Assembly: GCA_963696385.1 (NCBI GenBank) | Contig: CAVOKF010000008.1 | Span: 384,001 to 448,000 of the forward strand | Length of the DNA: 64,000 nt | Origin: an uncultured delta proteobacterium | GTDB lineage: Bacteria > Myxococcota_A > Polyangia > Polyangiales > Polyangiaceae | Reading direction: 5' to 3' | In this document: positions 62,241 through 64,000 of the stretch, one piece after another | Numbering within the stretch: the first letter of the stretch is position 1 | How the letters are laid out: each line of letters starts with the position of its first letter | Translations under genes and position numbers: made by a program | Notes under the pieces: model-generated | What the model saw: the letters and a program-made list of their open reading frames with translations, nothing else | The model's database searches: none | Told to the model about the DNA's origin: nothing

Positions 62241-64000
62241 TTACCAGTGGTATTGCTGGTCGGCCGGGTGATGGCCGAAGTCGAACTCGTCGGCGAGGTC
62301 GTCGATCGACGGCCCGTTCTGCGGAACATAGGGCAGAGCGTCGCTCGCGATCGGGTTCGGCAGATTGTCGCGGCTGCGGCCCGTGATCGGCGGCAGGCCC
62401 CAGTTCTTCTCGACGAACTTCAGGATCGACACGTGGTCGCCGTAGTCGTGGCTGATGTGACCGCCCGTCGCGTACGGAGACACCGTGATGAGCGGGATGC
62501 GCGTGCCGTCGCCGAAGAAGTCGAGCGGCTGCACGTAGCCGGAGTCCCAGTAGCCGCCGCCCTCGTCGAACGTGATGAAAATGGCGGTGTCCTTCCAGAG
62601 ATCGGGCTGCGCCTGGATCGCCTCGATGATCTTCTTCGTGTAGCCCTCGAAGAGGTCGAGCTTCGACGAGGCCGGGTGGCCGTCGAGCAGACCGCTCGGC
62701 TTGGTGATCGCGAAGGCCGGCAGAAAGCCGCTCGCGATGTCGGAGTACAGATCGGCCAGGTCCTTCAGGTTCGCGCGAGCCGTCGGAGTCCGTCATGATC
62801 GACCTGGTCATACTGGAACGGATTGCAGATGTTGCAGTACTCGTTGCCCGGCTCGTATCCCTCGGGGTCGGCGACGTAGGCGTTGAAGTCCTCGCCGTAG
62901 TAGCGCCACGAGATGTCGTGCGCCATCAAGAGCGTTGCCGATCGTGGGCGTCGTGGCGGGCGACATGGTGAAGGGGTCGACCGTGTCGAGTGTGCCGTCG
63001 CCGAAGTACCCGGGGTTGTAGTTGTTGAGCGAGGTAGTAGTCGTCCTTCTCGCAGTTCGGCTTGATGCCGAGCTCGTTCAGGTAAGCGCTGACTTCCTTC
63101 ACGCCCGGCTGCGTCTCGTCGGCGCAGTTGCTGTAGGTGCCGCCGGAGTAGCCGTCCTGCGTGTACCAGTTGTTCGTGCCGGTCTGCGGATCGGGGTCTT
63201 CGATGTCGAGGGCGGGCGGAACGGTCGCGATTGCCATTGCCGTCGCTGTACCAATCGGCGTCGCCGGTGCCCAGCGCGATATGGTTGGCGCATCGTGCCG
63301 CCCTCGATCGACTGGTGGAAGTTGTCGCTCATCGCGTAGGTGTCCGCGAGGTGCTTGAGGTACGGGGCGTCGCCCTTCTCGATGTTGTAGAAGCCCATGG
63401 ACGCCGACCCCTCTTTGGTGGTGAAGTCGGTGAGCAGATCCGGCGGGGGGCTGCCGTTGGCGCCCGCGCCGACGGTGACCTCGACCCACGGGAACAGGTC
63501 GGAGACGCACCCGGACGGGTTCCACTGCGTCGAGTGATCGAGGCTGCAGTCGAGCTGCTGCCACATCTGGTAAAAGCGGTGAACGGGGCTCGCAGAGTAG
63601 TCGTCGTCCGTGATGCCCGGCGAGAGCTGGAACGGCCCCGGCGCAACCGTCAGCGGGTTCTGCGCGAGGCGAGTGTCGGGCGTGCCGCTCGTCAGGCCCG
63701 TGGCGCCGGTGAGGAGCTTCGGAATGTAGTCGGCCGGCAGCGCGAGGCTTTCGGACGACTCGGCCTGGGCGAGCGACGACACGTACGGTGTCGTCGGGCC
63801 GCCGGCCGTGACGGGCGGCAGGACCGTGTACGGCGTCTGCTCCGGCGGGCTCAGCTCGAACGTGTCCGGGGGCGAGTCGACCGCGCTCTTCTGGATCGCG
63901 AGAGAGAAGTTCGGACCCGGCGATCCGTCCTCTTTGACGATTCCCTTCGACAAAATGTTGTCGACGCGTTGCCCGTTCTTCGGCTTGTAGGTCCCGAAGA
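62241..64000 (-). CDS. Phosphoesterase / phospholipase C / AcpA family protein (partial; multiple frameshifts)
   Basis: PVHRFYQMWQQ, YAMSDNFHQ, WRYYG, FITFDEGGGYWD, GDGTRIP..VSPY..GGHISHDYGDHVSILKF segments spread over all three minus frames; runs off window end. Confidence 0.85.

Noticed and set aside
60154..64000. Genomic island integrated at tRNA-Glu
   Set aside because: No integrase, no duplicated tRNA 3' end and no evident compositional shift in the window.

Overview
High-GC chromosomal segment whose gene content points to a myxobacterium, probably Polyangiaceae-like (inferred from MglC-type roadblock, MYXO-CTERM tail, deltaproteobacterial-type T2SS, Asp/Ala-linker lipoproteins). In order it carries: an aconitase-family gene lacking Fe-S ligands (cut off at the window start), mglC-like/aroQ/accB/accC, a catalytically dead rhomboid, pyrB, murI, hom, lon, DUF1015 and purD. 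Next come a type II secretion operon (gspC to gspN, 15.3-30.2 kb) with a sigma54 promoter and adjacent NtrC-type activator, and two-component genes. At 37.2-44.0 kb is a compact sterol cluster: oxidosqualene cyclase, squalene synthase, squalene epoxidase and an MmpL-type lipid exporter. After it lies a block of secreted or surface proteins (1535-aa metzincin lipoprotein, beta-barrel, Cys-rich lipoprotein, MYXO-CTERM trypsin, glycan-module lipoproteins), then PrsW-like, two histidine kinases, rpsT, tRNA-Glu, a TPR-sulfotransferase and a phosphoesterase cut off at the window end. Several single-base frameshifts look like assembly errors. No mobile element or CRISPR array was seen. All calls come from motif recognition by eye; no searches were run.
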